Positions 9,551 to 19,050 of a stretch of 64,000 nucleotides of DNA are shown one piece after another; the first letter of the stretch is position 1, and each line of letters opens with the position of its first letter. Both the position numbers and the translations under genes were made by a program. Location: positions 1-64,000 of the forward strand of contig JAZDKZ010000001.1 in the NCBI GenBank assembly GCA_043802485.1, read 5' to 3'. Source of the stretch: Candidatus Aenigmatarchaeota archaeon (GTDB lineage: Archaea; Aenigmatarchaeota; Aenigmatarchaeia; Aenigmatarchaeales; Aenigmatarchaeaceae). The notes beneath the pieces are model-generated. The model did not search any database, was not told where the DNA came from, and worked only from the letters and a program-made list of their open reading frames with translations.

Positions 9551-10348
9551 ATGAAAAAAATAAAACAAGAGTCGCTCGTGATAGTGATCCTGGCATTCCT
9601 GGGAATGATACTGTTCCTGGTAAACTTTTTCACAGCAAAGTCAGACATCATGAGCATCGCTTCTATCGTCATGGTGGTAGCCACGCCCATAATGCTAAAG
9701 TACAATGACTACAAGGAAAACAAGGAGATAGAGGAGAGGTTCCCCGATTTTCTCAGAGACATAACGCAGAACATCAGGACAGGCATGACAGTCACCCAGG
9801 CGATAAAGGCTACAAAGGACAACCACTATGGGGCGCTGACCCCATTTGTCATGAAGATAATAGTGAAGATAGACTGGGCCGTGCCTTTCGAGAGGATACT
9901 CCTGGACTTTTCCAAGAGTTCGACGCCACTGATAAAGAAGACTGTGTCAACAATACTGGAGACCTACAAGGGAGGCGGGGACATATCACATGTCCTGACC
10001 GCTGCAGGGGACACCATCAAACAGATAAACAAGATAAAGAAGGAGAGGTTCTCTTCCATATACAACCAGATGCTCACCGGCTATGCAGTCTTCTTCATGT
10101 TCGTGGGCGTGCTGATAATACTGAAGACGTACCTTGTTCCCAGCCTTTTCTCGTTCGGCGCGACTGTGAGCAGCGTCCAGAACATTGACCAGTTCTACAA
10201 CAACACCTTCCAGTGGCTCATACTGATAGAGGGCTTCTTCTCCGGCTTGGTTGTAGGCAAGATGGCGCACGGCAGCATAGTCGCAGGCTTGAAGCACTCA
10301 CTCGTGCTGACGGCAATCGGTTACGGCGTGTTTTACATGTTTTTGTAA
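9551..10348 (+). CDS. Second type IV pilus membrane platform protein (T2SSF/TadB-C-like)
   Basis: IEERFPDFLRDI, YGALT, GFFSGLVVGKMAHGSIVAGLKHS. Confidence 0.85.
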   Translation: MKKIKQESLVIVILAFLGMILFLVNFFTAKSDIMSIASIVMVVATPIMLKYNDYKENKEIEERFPDFLRDITQNIRTGMTVTQAIKATKDNHYGALTPFVMKIIVKIDWAVPFERILLDFSKSSTPLIKKTVSTILETYKGGGDISHVLTAAGDTIKQINKIKKERFSSIYNQMLTGYAVFFMFVGVLIILKTYLVPSLFSFGATVSSVQNIDQFYNNTFQWLILIEGFFSGLVVGKMAHGSIVAGLKHSLVLTAIGYGVFYMFL

Positions 10349-10382
10349 AACTTTTATTATATAGGCTTGACCAACTCTTATT

Positions 10383-10808
10383 ATGAAAGGCGTTCATCCC
10401 ATTCTGTCGCACAGCGTGCTGCTTGTCATCGGCCTTTTTGCCATGGGGATGATTATTGCTTCTATGTCATCATCCCTCTCAAAGACCGAGAGGAACCTTG
10501 TTACTGCAGAGGCTGATTACATCTCCGAGGCGCTAAGATTAAGGATTCTGGAAATATACAGCACGGTGAGCCAAGGAGGCAACTTTTCAGGAACCTTCGG
10601 CTTGGAATTGCCTGAGAAGATAGGCGACCAGAGATACACCATCTTGTTAGATAATGATATTATCACCATCGAACTGCCTTTTGAGAACGAAATGATTGAA
10701 GTAAACAAGACAATAAACATAGGCGTTGCTCTTGGTGGAGAGAAGATGCTGCCAGCGTCGCTCGTTGTCGAGAAGACAGGAGAAACAATAACAATGGATT
10801 TGGTTTGA
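10383..10808 (+). CDS. Pilin-like protein (class III signal peptide)
   Basis: MKG/VHPIL followed by a hydrophobic helix; inside the pilus operon. Confidence 0.7.
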   Translation: MKGVHPILSHSVLLVIGLFAMGMIIASMSSSLSKTERNLVTAEADYISEALRLRILEIYSTVSQGGNFSGTFGLELPEKIGDQRYTILLDNDIITIELPFENEMIEVNKTINIGVALGGEKMLPASLVVEKTGETITMDLV

Positions 10809-11506
10809 TGGCTCAGATAGATTTCGCAGTGGCGTTTGTGGTGATTTTCATAATGATATCGTACGCCACGTTCTTCGTGTCCAATGCCCTGACAGGCGAC
10901 TTTGAGCATTATGAAACAAAGAAGCTGGAGGCTTCCAGGGATTCTTTGGCGAATCAGCTTTTCAAAAACTTGGACAGCAATAGCCTGATGACCAGCCTGA
11001 AGAGGACGCAAATAGTCTTCGAGGATGTCGGAGGCTATACGCATACGGAAACCCTCAACATCTCTTTCGAGCCTGCTGTCAGTGATGTTCATGTTTACAA
11101 TCTAACGATGGGTGAGATAGCGTCTGATGTTTCAGACGGGGCCGTAAGCTTTGAGCTGGGCTTTGCTCCGGGCATGAAGAGCCATATAACGATTATCCAT
11201 TCAGGGAGCGCGGAAAACGTCAGCTATGCCAGCAACATCACGGCAAACAACATAACAGCAGTCATACTTTCGGAGAGCGACGTCCTCGTGCTTTCCCAGG
11301 AAAAGTGCAGCGATTTACAAAGCATTTCATACAGTGAATCAAAAAGCAATTTAGGCATGGAGAACCATTTCAGGATAGACAGCCATTGCGTATACGGGGA
11401 GAACACTCCTGAAGCAGGCAATATCATAGTGAGGAATATTCCTGTGATGATCGAAAACGCAAGCGGCGCGATATATACTGATTACATAACATTGAAGGTG
11501 TGGTAA
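10808..11506 (+). CDS. Pilin-like protein
   Basis: MA/QIDFAVAFVVIF; translationally coupled in the operon. Confidence 0.65.
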   Translation: MAQIDFAVAFVVIFIMISYATFFVSNALTGDFEHYETKKLEASRDSLANQLFKNLDSNSLMTSLKRTQIVFEDVGGYTHTETLNISFEPAVSDVHVYNLTMGEIASDVSDGAVSFELGFAPGMKSHITIIHSGSAENVSYASNITANNITAVILSESDVLVLSQEKCSDLQSISYSESKSNLGMENHFRIDSHCVYGENTPEAGNIIVRNIPVMIENASGAIYTDYITLKVW

Positions 11507-11874
11507 TGAAGGCGACTATGTACACAATAGAGGCGGTCATCGGGACACTGATACTTCTGATAGGAGTCATCAGCATCTTCCCCCTGGAGCAGGAGGGAGA
11601 GTTCCAGTTCTCCTACCATGGCTACGACTGCCTGAAATATCTGGACGATGCAGGCGTCCTGAGAAGGTACGCCTACAACGGGATGAACGCAGAGCTGAAC
11701 AGCAGTCTTTACAACTGCCTGCCAAGAACAGCAGGCTATGCTTTCAAGATATGCTCTTCCAGCCCTTGCATAGAGACTCTGCCTGAAAAGGATGTCGTGC
11801 TATCGAGCTACCTTGTCAGCGGTGAAACCACTTACGATCCGAGGATAATCAACTTGTGGGTGTGGTCAAAATGA
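11506..11874 (+). CDS. Pilin-like protein
   Basis: MKA/TMYTIEAVIGTLILL. Confidence 0.65.
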   Translation: MKATMYTIEAVIGTLILLIGVISIFPLEQEGEFQFSYHGYDCLKYLDDAGVLRRYAYNGMNAELNSSLYNCLPRTAGYAFKICSSSPCIETLPEKDVVLSSYLVSGETTYDPRIINLWVWSK

Positions 11875-12245
11875 AGGGGCAGGTTTTCGTGCTGATATCA
11901 ATCTTCGTGCTGATTTTCCTATTCTCCCTTAGGATGGGGACAGAGACCCCTGCTTTGATGGAGGATGATTTGTTCTTGGAAGATTTCGGCAACCTCAAGG
12001 CAGAAACAGTCAGGACAATAGACATGTCTTTGCTGAGCCAGCAGAGCATCCAGAGCAATCTTGACAGCTTTATCTCCTTTTCAAAGGACTTTTATACAAG
12101 AAAGGGCTACCAGGAGGATGTGCAGTACTCGGTCAGCTCTTCGGGAAACACAACATCTGTTTATCTGAACATCACGCTGCAAAACGGCAACTCTTATCTG
12201 AACGAGAACTTAATAATAAGCAGAAGCCTGACGGTGTTCGCATGA
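11871..12245 (+). CDS. Pilin-like protein
   Basis: MKG/QVFVLISIFVLIFL. Confidence 0.7.
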   Translation: MKGQVFVLISIFVLIFLFSLRMGTETPALMEDDLFLEDFGNLKAETVRTIDMSLLSQQSIQSNLDSFISFSKDFYTRKGYQEDVQYSVSSSGNTTSVYLNITLQNGNSYLNENLIISRSLTVFA

Positions 12246-12730
12246 AAGGGGTAAGCGTAATAATAGCAAGCACGTTGATAATCGTCATATCCATTACAGT
12301 GGTGTACATGGCCCTCCAGATGGGCAGTCCTGCCATAGACAGGTCCAACGAGATACTCACCATGGATAACAGCAAAAAGACTCTGGTCAGGATTGACAAT
12401 GCTGTGAAGACCGTACTCGGAGAGGGAGAGGGCTCGGCAAGGAGCCTTAGCGTCTCCGTATCAGGCGGCTCTTACAAAATAGACACAGAAGCGGATAATG
12501 TGGTTTTCACCATGGAGACATTCTCACAGATAGTCGCTGCAGGAGTCTCAAAAATGGAAGATGGCATCAACGTAACAGCTGAGCCAGGAAGGATATATCT
12601 GACTCTGAATCTTGACGATTTCAACGTGACCGGAGGCGGAGAGTTCGGCGACGGCAGCTACAACATGATAATAAGGAACGACGGTTATGATGTTGTAAAC
12701 CAAAAACAGCTGATAAGCATTGCAGTTTGA
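12242..12730 (+). CDS. Pilin-like protein
   Basis: MKG/VSVIIASTLIIVISI. Confidence 0.75.
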   Translation: MKGVSVIIASTLIIVISITVVYMALQMGSPAIDRSNEILTMDNSKKTLVRIDNAVKTVLGEGEGSARSLSVSVSGGSYKIDTEADNVVFTMETFSQIVAAGVSKMEDGINVTAEPGRIYLTLNLDDFNVTGGGEFGDGSYNMIIRNDGYDVVNQKQLISIAV

Positions 12731-12776
12731 AACAAAACTTTATATAAAAGCTTCAATAAATTAAAATCTGAGCAAC

Positions 12777-13196
12777 ATGAAAGGAGTATCACCGTTAATT
12801 GCATCCGTTTTGCTGATAGCAATAACAATGACCTTGGCTGCCATTCTGGCCAGCTTCGTGTCAAACTACACGCAGCAGGAACTATCCAGCCTGGAGAGCT
12901 GCGCTGGAGGCACGATAAGATTCGCTACAGCAGAATACCCAAAAATTGATGGAATCAATATTGTTGCAATCATTGATGTTTCAAACGTTGATCTGACAGG
13001 TTTCAAGATAGAAGCCATAAATTCAACAGGAGATGTGAACACAGTTACAGCAACAGGCGCCACTTCGATATCCGCAGGAAGCTCAGGGACAATAAGGGCG
13101 GATTTCACTGGCAATGGAGTTGCTGTCGGAGACAAGACAAGAGTTGTCGCTGGAAACTGCCAGGACGTCAGGACAACTTGGGTGAATCTAAAATAA
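12777..13196 (+). CDS. Archaeal type IV pilin, probable major pilin
   Basis: MKG/VSPLIASVLLIAITMTLAAIL, a canonical archaeal pilin N-terminus; own TATA (TTTATATA) upstream. Confidence 0.85.
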   Translation: MKGVSPLIASVLLIAITMTLAAILASFVSNYTQQELSSLESCAGGTIRFATAEYPKIDGINIVAIIDVSNVDLTGFKIEAINSTGDVNTVTATGATSISAGSSGTIRADFTGNGVAVGDKTRVVAGNCQDVRTTWVNLK

Positions 13197-13209
13197 AGAG
13201 GTGAAAAAA

Positions 13210-13377
13210 ATGGCATATAGTCACACAAACAGCAAGGGTAAAACATACTGGTTGCATCGAAAGGGGGCTTTGATGTTCTTTTCAAAGAAACCGGAAGATT
13301 CAATCGACCTGCCAGACCACCTGGAAGTTTTCGAGAATACCAGGACAGGCTTGCCTATGGTAAGGAAGAAAAAATAA
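13210..13377 (+). CDS. Small conserved hypothetical protein (55 aa)
   Basis: Hand-translated MAYSHTNSKGKTYWLH...FFSK...ENTRTGLPMVRKKK; strong SD GAGGTGA upstream. Confidence 0.75.
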   Translation: MAYSHTNSKGKTYWLHRKGALMFFSKKPEDSIDLPDHLEVFENTRTGLPMVRKKK

Positions 13378-13393
13378 AACTTTTTCTGATTTT

Positions 13394-13876
13394 ATGGCAA
13401 AAAAGAAAAAATCCCAACTTTCCTTTACAATTTTTATAATTCTGGTCCTGTTGGCAATTGTCACGGTGGCTGTCATTGACATGGTTCAGCCGCCAGGCTA
13501 TGTTGTTGCAGATGTCCTTGAGGTAGACGGTTCCATGGTCGTTCTGGGCAGCGATTGCCTGGCAATAGTGGCTGAGACCTCGCCTGAGAGGGCGTACTCG
13601 ATAGAACTAGGAATAGTAGGCATCATAGACGGCAGGCCAAACACCCATGACATATTTGCAGAGACCCTGAGAAGCTTCAACATAAGCCTAGAGTATGTGA
13701 CTCTGGACAGCTATGTGGACGGCATCTACTATGCCAACCTTGTCCTAAAGTCAGGTGAAAAGTTCCTGAAGCTCGACACAAAGCCGTCAGACGCGATTGC
13801 TTTGGCCCTCAGAACAAACTCTACCATATACCTTAACGAGAGCTTGTTGGAAGAAGTCGGGCAGAACATCTGCTAA
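13394..13876 (+). CDS. Bifunctional nuclease (BFN/DUF151) family protein with N-terminal membrane/signal helix
   Basis: RPNTHDIF, GIYYANLVL, LDTKPSDAIALALR. Confidence 0.85.
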   Translation: MAKKKKSQLSFTIFIILVLLAIVTVAVIDMVQPPGYVVADVLEVDGSMVVLGSDCLAIVAETSPERAYSIELGIVGIIDGRPNTHDIFAETLRSFNISLEYVTLDSYVDGIYYANLVLKSGEKFLKLDTKPSDAIALALRTNSTIYLNESLLEEVGQNIC

Positions 13877-14247
13877 CAAAGACAGACTTTGCAATCCTTC
13901 AGTTCTGGATAAGCCTTCATGTGAAGCTCGCATATTATCTTGCTTTTCCTGATGCTTTTGCAGATGTCGCAGAAAGCTTCCACAGAATTCGATGAGTTTA
14001 TCTCACCTGAAGCGATTTTGCCGGCAAAGACCTCAATTTCCTTGTAAATCTTTACATCCCTTTCCAATATTTTTGTCTGGGAGCCTCTCAGATTCCTCAG
14101 ATATTGGGAAACAGCTGACTGGGTCAGGCCCAGTTTCGAGGCAACATCCTGCTGCGTAAACTTGTACTTTTCCATGAGCTCCTTTGCTAGCAATGCCCTT
14201 AGATTAGGCAGGACTATCTGGGCAACAGTTTCGCAGTAGGGCTTCAT
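13873..14247 (-). CDS. HTH transcriptional regulator with Cys motifs (COG2522-like)
   Basis: PYCE...LPNLRALLAKEL...TQQDVASKLGLTQSAVSQYL...CDIC...CELH. Confidence 0.8.
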   Translation of the reverse strand: MKPYCETVAQIVLPNLRALLAKELMEKYKFTQQDVASKLGLTQSAVSQYLRNLRGSQTKILERDVKIYKEIEVFAGKIASGEINSSNSVEAFCDICKSIRKSKIICELHMKAYPELKDCKVCLC

Positions 14248-14427
14248 TATAACACTGTTATATTATGTCGATTACAACATTTAAATTGTTAATTAGATAT
14301 CTATAGTCAAAGAAAAAGTATTTTACGACTCCGTAGTAACTATTTAAATACTTTATCTTTCAATAGTTTATTAACCGAAGAGTAATAAAGTTTAAATATC
14401 AAAATCAGATTAATATAGAGTGATAAG

Positions 14428-15231
14428 ATGATAGTTTCACAAGCTGTTTTAGACGAACTGAAGCAAATAGGTTTGAATCTCTACGAGAGAAAGCTATGGG
14501 TAGCTCTGCTTTCAAGAGGAACGTCCACCGCAGGTGAGCTGTCCTCCTTGGCAAAGGTGCCTCACAGCAGGACGTATGACGTTCTAGAGTCCCTGACAGA
14601 AAAGGGCTTTGTCATGACCCAGTCCTCCAAGCCACTGAAATATGTGGCAGTCACGCCTAGAGAAGCCTTGGAAAGGTCGAAGAAGAAGATAATGGAGCAG
14701 TCAGAAGTCATCATAAACAGGATAACAAAGCTGCAGAATTCTGTGTCCCTAAAGCAACTGGAGAGCCTGTACAAGAAGGGTTTCGAGCTGGTAGAGCCAG
14801 GCGAGATGACAAGTTCTTTGAAAGGAAGCGATGCGCTGCACCAGCAGCTGGAGACTGTGTTCAAAGGCGCAAAGAAGGACATATCGGTTCTCACAACTGA
14901 GAAAGGCGTGCAGGATCTGGAGAAGAATCATTATAATCTTTTGAAGAAAGCATCGGGCAGGGGTGTCAGCATAAGAATAGCAGCACCCTTTAGCAAAGAG
15001 ACCATGAAGGCTGTTGAAAGGCTAAGAGATGTGTCTGAAATCAGGAACGTCATGAAGCCTGATATCGGCAACAGGTTCGCTATTATCGATGGATCGCATG
15101 TTGTCATGGCCTTGACTGACGAGAATGTGCACCCGACACAGGACATGTCCTTGTGGAGCCAGAGCGAGCACATGGCAGGAAACCTCTTAGGTCCGATGTT
15201 TGAGATGGTCTGGAAAAAGTCAAAGAACTGA
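14428..15231 (+). CDS. TrmB-family transcriptional regulator
   Basis: GLNLYERKLWVALL...VPHSRTYDVLESLTEKGF. Confidence 0.88.
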   Translation: MIVSQAVLDELKQIGLNLYERKLWVALLSRGTSTAGELSSLAKVPHSRTYDVLESLTEKGFVMTQSSKPLKYVAVTPREALERSKKKIMEQSEVIINRITKLQNSVSLKQLESLYKKGFELVEPGEMTSSLKGSDALHQQLETVFKGAKKDISVLTTEKGVQDLEKNHYNLLKKASGRGVSIRIAAPFSKETMKAVERLRDVSEIRNVMKPDIGNRFAIIDGSHVVMALTDENVHPTQDMSLWSQSEHMAGNLLGPMFEMVWKKSKN

Positions 15232-15283
15232 TTTGCTCAAAATTCTTTTGTTAGAAGTTTCTACCAAGAATGTTCAGAATATG

Positions 15284-15601
15284 CTAAATAATAACCTTTT
15301 CACTTTTTCCAAATAGCGGCAATAGACGATTTTCTTTTCTTAGAATAGAATAGATTTTCCCTTTCTTTAAATCCTTTTCAATTTCTTCTGACATATTCTC
15401 AAGCACTATATTGTCCCCTCCACCCACCGGTCTGAATACATAAGTTTTGGTATGAACATGTGTTATGCCTATCGGATTTATGTCAAAGGGACCATGAAAA
15501 TAGACTGGAACATGACGCTCTTCGTCAATTTCTCCGCAATACTCAACCTCAACAATCTCCTTTTTAATCAATCTTTTCTTCAGATTTTTCAATTTCTGCA
15601 T
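15284..15601 (-). CDS. Hypothetical protein (AT-rich)
   Basis: 105-aa ORF filling the gap; no recognised motif. Confidence 0.5.
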   Translation of the reverse strand: MQKLKNLKKRLIKKEIVEVEYCGEIDEERHVPVYFHGPFDINPIGITHVHTKTYVFRPVGGGDNIVLENMSEEIEKDLKKGKIYSILRKENRLLPLFGKSEKVII

Positions 15602-15646
15602 AAAAATCTACCATCGTATAATATAAAGTAAAACTTAAATCATTGA

Positions 15647-17506
15647 TTACACAAAAGTCGGTCTCTTTGTCAAGAGCCTGTTCAAAGAAAGTTTTCTGAA
15701 AGGATAATCCTTTGTATTTTCCTTTATTGTTTTTGTCAAATCTTCTGGTGACATGTTGCTTACTTTTCCTGTCTCCCTTAATCTTACAGCTAGGTTTCCA
15801 GAATCCTTCTCCTTCTGGCCAATGACAACTATGTAGGGCACCCACTCCATCTCAGCGTTCCTGACTTTTTTCTGGATGCTCTCTGTGTTGTCGTCAATAT
15901 CAACCCTTATGTTTTTCATCTCCAATCCATCCGCTATCTTTTCACAGTATTCCACAAAGGTATCATTTATAGGACAAAGCCTGATCTGAGTTGGCGACAG
16001 CCACAACGGATAAGTGGGCGTCTTCTTTTTCAAGGCGTCCTCAAGAATAGAAAACAACCATCTCTCTATGCTGCCTATGGAAGAGTGGCATATGACACAT
16101 CCCTTTTCCTTTCCGTCACTGTCCACGTACATTATGTCATAAGTCTCAGAGTCCTTGACATCCAACTGCACGGTTGACAGCTGGCAGTTGCCGCCTGCTG
16201 CGTCTATTCCTTGGAACTCATGCTTTACTGCCCAATAATGTTTCATCTCGGATATGGTTTCTATGAAGGCAGGAAGCTTTGAGTATTTCAGCATCTCGAT
16301 AAACTTGTCCTTGTACTTTTTGTAAAAAGAATTCACAACCCTGAAGACTATGGCATATTCGATTTTTGTTCCCTTTGCAAGGTCGTCATACTGCCTGTAC
16401 AGTTCCTGGTACTCTTTCCAACCTGCTTCCAAGTCATAGCAGAAACAATGAATATCAGGCATGTGGAATGCCCTTAGCCTTCTTAATCCTGAAAGCTCAC
16501 CACTCTTCTCGCATCTGAAACTTTTCGAGAACTCGTACATCCTCAGCGGTAGCTGCTTGTAGCTGAAGGTCGCCTTCTTCATCATCTTGAATAATCCAAA
16601 GTCTCCAGCAAACCTCAGAACCAGTTCCTTGTTGGGCTCTTCTGGGCAATTGACAATATAGTGCCTTTCGTGGAAACTTCCTCCCTGCTCCCTGATTTCA
16701 GGATCGCTCCAATCATACAGAATAGGGGTGTCGATTTGTATGCATCCGAACCTCTTCACCGCTATCTCATACGCCCAATCCACCAGTAGGTTGAATAGCA
16801 ACAAGCCCTTGGGATAGAGCTTGAAATTACCAATGTCACTTTCAGGGCAGTAGCCCACCAATTCTTGCTGCTGCATCTCCTTTATCGATGGCGGTTCCAC
16901 TCCCTCCTTGCTCTTGATCTCCTCTGAGAATATGTATTTTGATAAAGCATCATTGTTGATATTTTTCAGAGTTTCTTTCAGAATTTTTTCGTCTTTTAAA
17001 TCGATTTTGTACTCCTTGCCTTCAGGCGTTAGTATGAAATGCTCCTTTTTGATGTTCTCTACAACTTCTTCTCTTGTCTTTTGTTTTTCTTCCTTCTCAG
17101 CTGTTATGACTTTGGACTGCTCTGCCAAAGGATGGCCCTTTATCTTCATGTTGAACTGCTTGTTCCAGCCGAAAGGCGCTCTGTAAGCCTCAAGGCCGAT
17201 TTCCTTGGCATACTTTTCCATCTCTTTCAGAATCTTCATCGCCATTCCAGGTCCTGAGGGGTTTGTAGAAATGTGAACAAACGGATAGATGAGAATTTTG
17301 TTGCATTTTATGACGTCAAGACTCTTCTTTACCTCGTCTATCGCTTTCTTTGCAACAGACTCGTTGTCTGTTTTTTCCACAGCGGTCTGCAAAACGACTA
17401 TCTCTTCATATCTGACAGTCTTCTTCTCCGCCTCCTCAGCATCCTTTATCTCTTTCTTGATAGGAGTGTACTCTATAAAGTCGGAGTGGTACTGTAAAAT
17501 CCTCAT
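15647..17506 (-). CDS. thrS: Threonine--tRNA ligase, archaeal type with N-terminal editing domain
   Basis: MRILQYHSDF, RAPFGW, KGHPLAE, LRFAGDFG, RLRAFHMPDIH, HSSIGSIER. Confidence 0.95.
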   Translation of the reverse strand: MRILQYHSDFIEYTPIKKEIKDAEEAEKKTVRYEEIVVLQTAVEKTDNESVAKKAIDEVKKSLDVIKCNKILIYPFVHISTNPSGPGMAMKILKEMEKYAKEIGLEAYRAPFGWNKQFNMKIKGHPLAEQSKVITAEKEEKQKTREEVVENIKKEHFILTPEGKEYKIDLKDEKILKETLKNINNDALSKYIFSEEIKSKEGVEPPSIKEMQQQELVGYCPESDIGNFKLYPKGLLLFNLLVDWAYEIAVKRFGCIQIDTPILYDWSDPEIREQGGSFHERHYIVNCPEEPNKELVLRFAGDFGLFKMMKKATFSYKQLPLRMYEFSKSFRCEKSGELSGLRRLRAFHMPDIHCFCYDLEAGWKEYQELYRQYDDLAKGTKIEYAIVFRVVNSFYKKYKDKFIEMLKYSKLPAFIETISEMKHYWAVKHEFQGIDAAGGNCQLSTVQLDVKDSETYDIMYVDSDGKEKGCVICHSSIGSIERWLFSILEDALKKKTPTYPLWLSPTQIRLCPINDTFVEYCEKIADGLEMKNIRVDIDDNTESIQKKVRNAEMEWVPYIVVIGQKEKDSGNLAVRLRETGKVSNMSPEDLTKTIKENTKDYPFRKLSLNRLLTKRPTFV

Positions 17507-17544
17507 AAAATCACTTTTAATTTATTGATTTTTAATTTATTAAA

Positions 17545-18402
17545 TCAATTCCCTCTATAAAAATTTATTTTCTTTATTTTCTTGCCTTCTAATTCCAAAA
17601 GAACATTAACATCAGAACCAAAACCAGAGTTTATGCAGACGGTTTTTCCAAGCTTGCATTTACCGAGATGCTCATGCATATGGCCTCCTATACAAATCAA
17701 AGGCTGATGTTTTTCCACCATTTCTCTTGTAATCAAAGAACCGTAATGATAGCCATATCTGGGAGAACTTTTCATCGTAATCTTATCAAGTCTTGTGTTG
17801 AAAGGCACGTTGTGTGACAGGAAAACAACTGGTTTTGAAGCCTTCTTGAAAAGAGAAGACATCTTTTTTGAAATGCCGTTGTAATTTCTTTCCTCTTTTT
17901 TCAGTTCCTTTGGTTTCTTTCTGACAATATCCTCTTTGTGCTGAGTTTTTTCAGGCCCGCTGGAAATTCCATACCCAACAATCTGATAATTCTTATGGTT
18001 GACTATTCTCTTGTGAATGTCTTTGATGTTTTTCAAACCAGATAGCATCATCTTGTAATGGTTTTGCTCTAGAAAATTCCAGCCCGAATCTTTGTAAGGA
18101 GTAAAATCAACATTTCCCGGAACTGTGAACACTGGAACATTGAAAGAATTGATGTGCTCCAACACCTCTCTGCCGCTTTTGAGGGATTCCAAAATTAACC
18201 TTTTTGCTTTTCTTTTGCCTATCAGTTCATACCATTTTAGTTTGAAATCATGATATTTCTGCCTTTTTCTAATGACTTCAAACTCGTATTTCCTTATTTT
18301 ATCATAAGAGCAGAAATTACCTGGCGCTATGATTAAGTCAAAACCTTCAAAGTGTATTTTGGGCTTGCTTCCATGCAAATCACCCAAAACCAGAATCTTC
18401 AT
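17545..18402 (-). CDS. Metallophosphoesterase (calcineurin-like)
   Basis: GDLHG, PGNVD, LSHNVP, GGHMHE. Confidence 0.85.
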   Translation of the reverse strand: MKILVLGDLHGSKPKIHFEGFDLIIAPGNFCSYDKIRKYEFEVIRKRQKYHDFKLKWYELIGKRKAKRLILESLKSGREVLEHINSFNVPVFTVPGNVDFTPYKDSGWNFLEQNHYKMMLSGLKNIKDIHKRIVNHKNYQIVGYGISSGPEKTQHKEDIVRKKPKELKKEERNYNGISKKMSSLFKKASKPVVFLSHNVPFNTRLDKITMKSSPRYGYHYGSLITREMVEKHQPLICIGGHMHEHLGKCKLGKTVCINSGFGSDVNVLLELEGKKIKKINFYRGN

Positions 18403-18457
18403 GCTATAAGTTTAATAAAACATTTTATAAACCTTTACTAGGCAATATTAATCATAC

Positions 18458-18568
18458 AGCCCCGTCGTCTAGCGGTCAAGGATGCAAGGCTTTGGAGTTG
18501 TCTCTAAAGAACTGATTAAAGGATGACGAAGTAACCTTGAGACACCAGTTCGAATCTGGTCGGGGCTA
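18458..18568 (+). tRNA. tRNA-Gln(TTG) with 38-nt intron at 37/38 (18496-18533)
   Basis: A1-U72 acceptor AGCCCCG/CGGGGCT, anticodon stem CAAGG/CCTTG, BHB helix CTTT/GAAG. Confidence 0.93.
18496..18533 (+). ncRNA. Putative intronic half box C/D guide (D'-C') for U34 of tRNA-Gln
   Basis: Guide CTCTAAAG 18502-18509, box CTGA 18512-18515, box ATGACGA 18523-18529. Confidence 0.6.
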
Positions 18569-18627
18569 CACTTTTTAACCAAAAGGCTTTTAAAGTATTG
18601 TTTCTAATGTAAATAGTTAGTGATTAC

Positions 18628-19050
18628 ATGGGTTTATTCAGCGGAAGAGAACTAAAAAAGAGAAAGAAAAAGTACAGGTGGAAGAAGACCAAATACAAGG
18701 TCAGGACGCTTGGGCTTAAAGCGAAAAAGGATCCGATGGAGGGAGCTCCGAGCGCCAAGGGTATAGTTCTTGCAAAAAGGGCCATTGAGCAGAAGCAGCC
18801 TCATTCAGGATTAATCAAGGTCGTCAGAGTTCAATTGCTGAAGAACAAGAAGGAGATAACAGCCTTTGTGCCAAAGTCCGGCGGCATCGGCTTCATCAAC
18901 GAGCACGACGAGGTCATAGTCGAAGGAGTCGGCGGTTCCCAGGGAGGACCTGTAGGTTCCCAGCACGGCCTTAGATGGAGGGTAATCAGTGTGAACAAAG
19001 TAGCTTTGTCCCAGCTGCTAAAGGGCAAGGTAAAGAAAGATGGTAAGTAA
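18628..19050 (+). CDS. rps12: Ribosomal protein uS12
   Basis: DPMEGAPSAKGIV, KQPHSG, VRVQLLKN. Confidence 0.95.
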   Translation: MGLFSGRELKKRKKKYRWKKTKYKVRTLGLKAKKDPMEGAPSAKGIVLAKRAIEQKQPHSGLIKVVRVQLLKNKKEITAFVPKSGGIGFINEHDEVIVEGVGGSQGGPVGSQHGLRWRVISVNKVALSQLLKGKVKKDGK

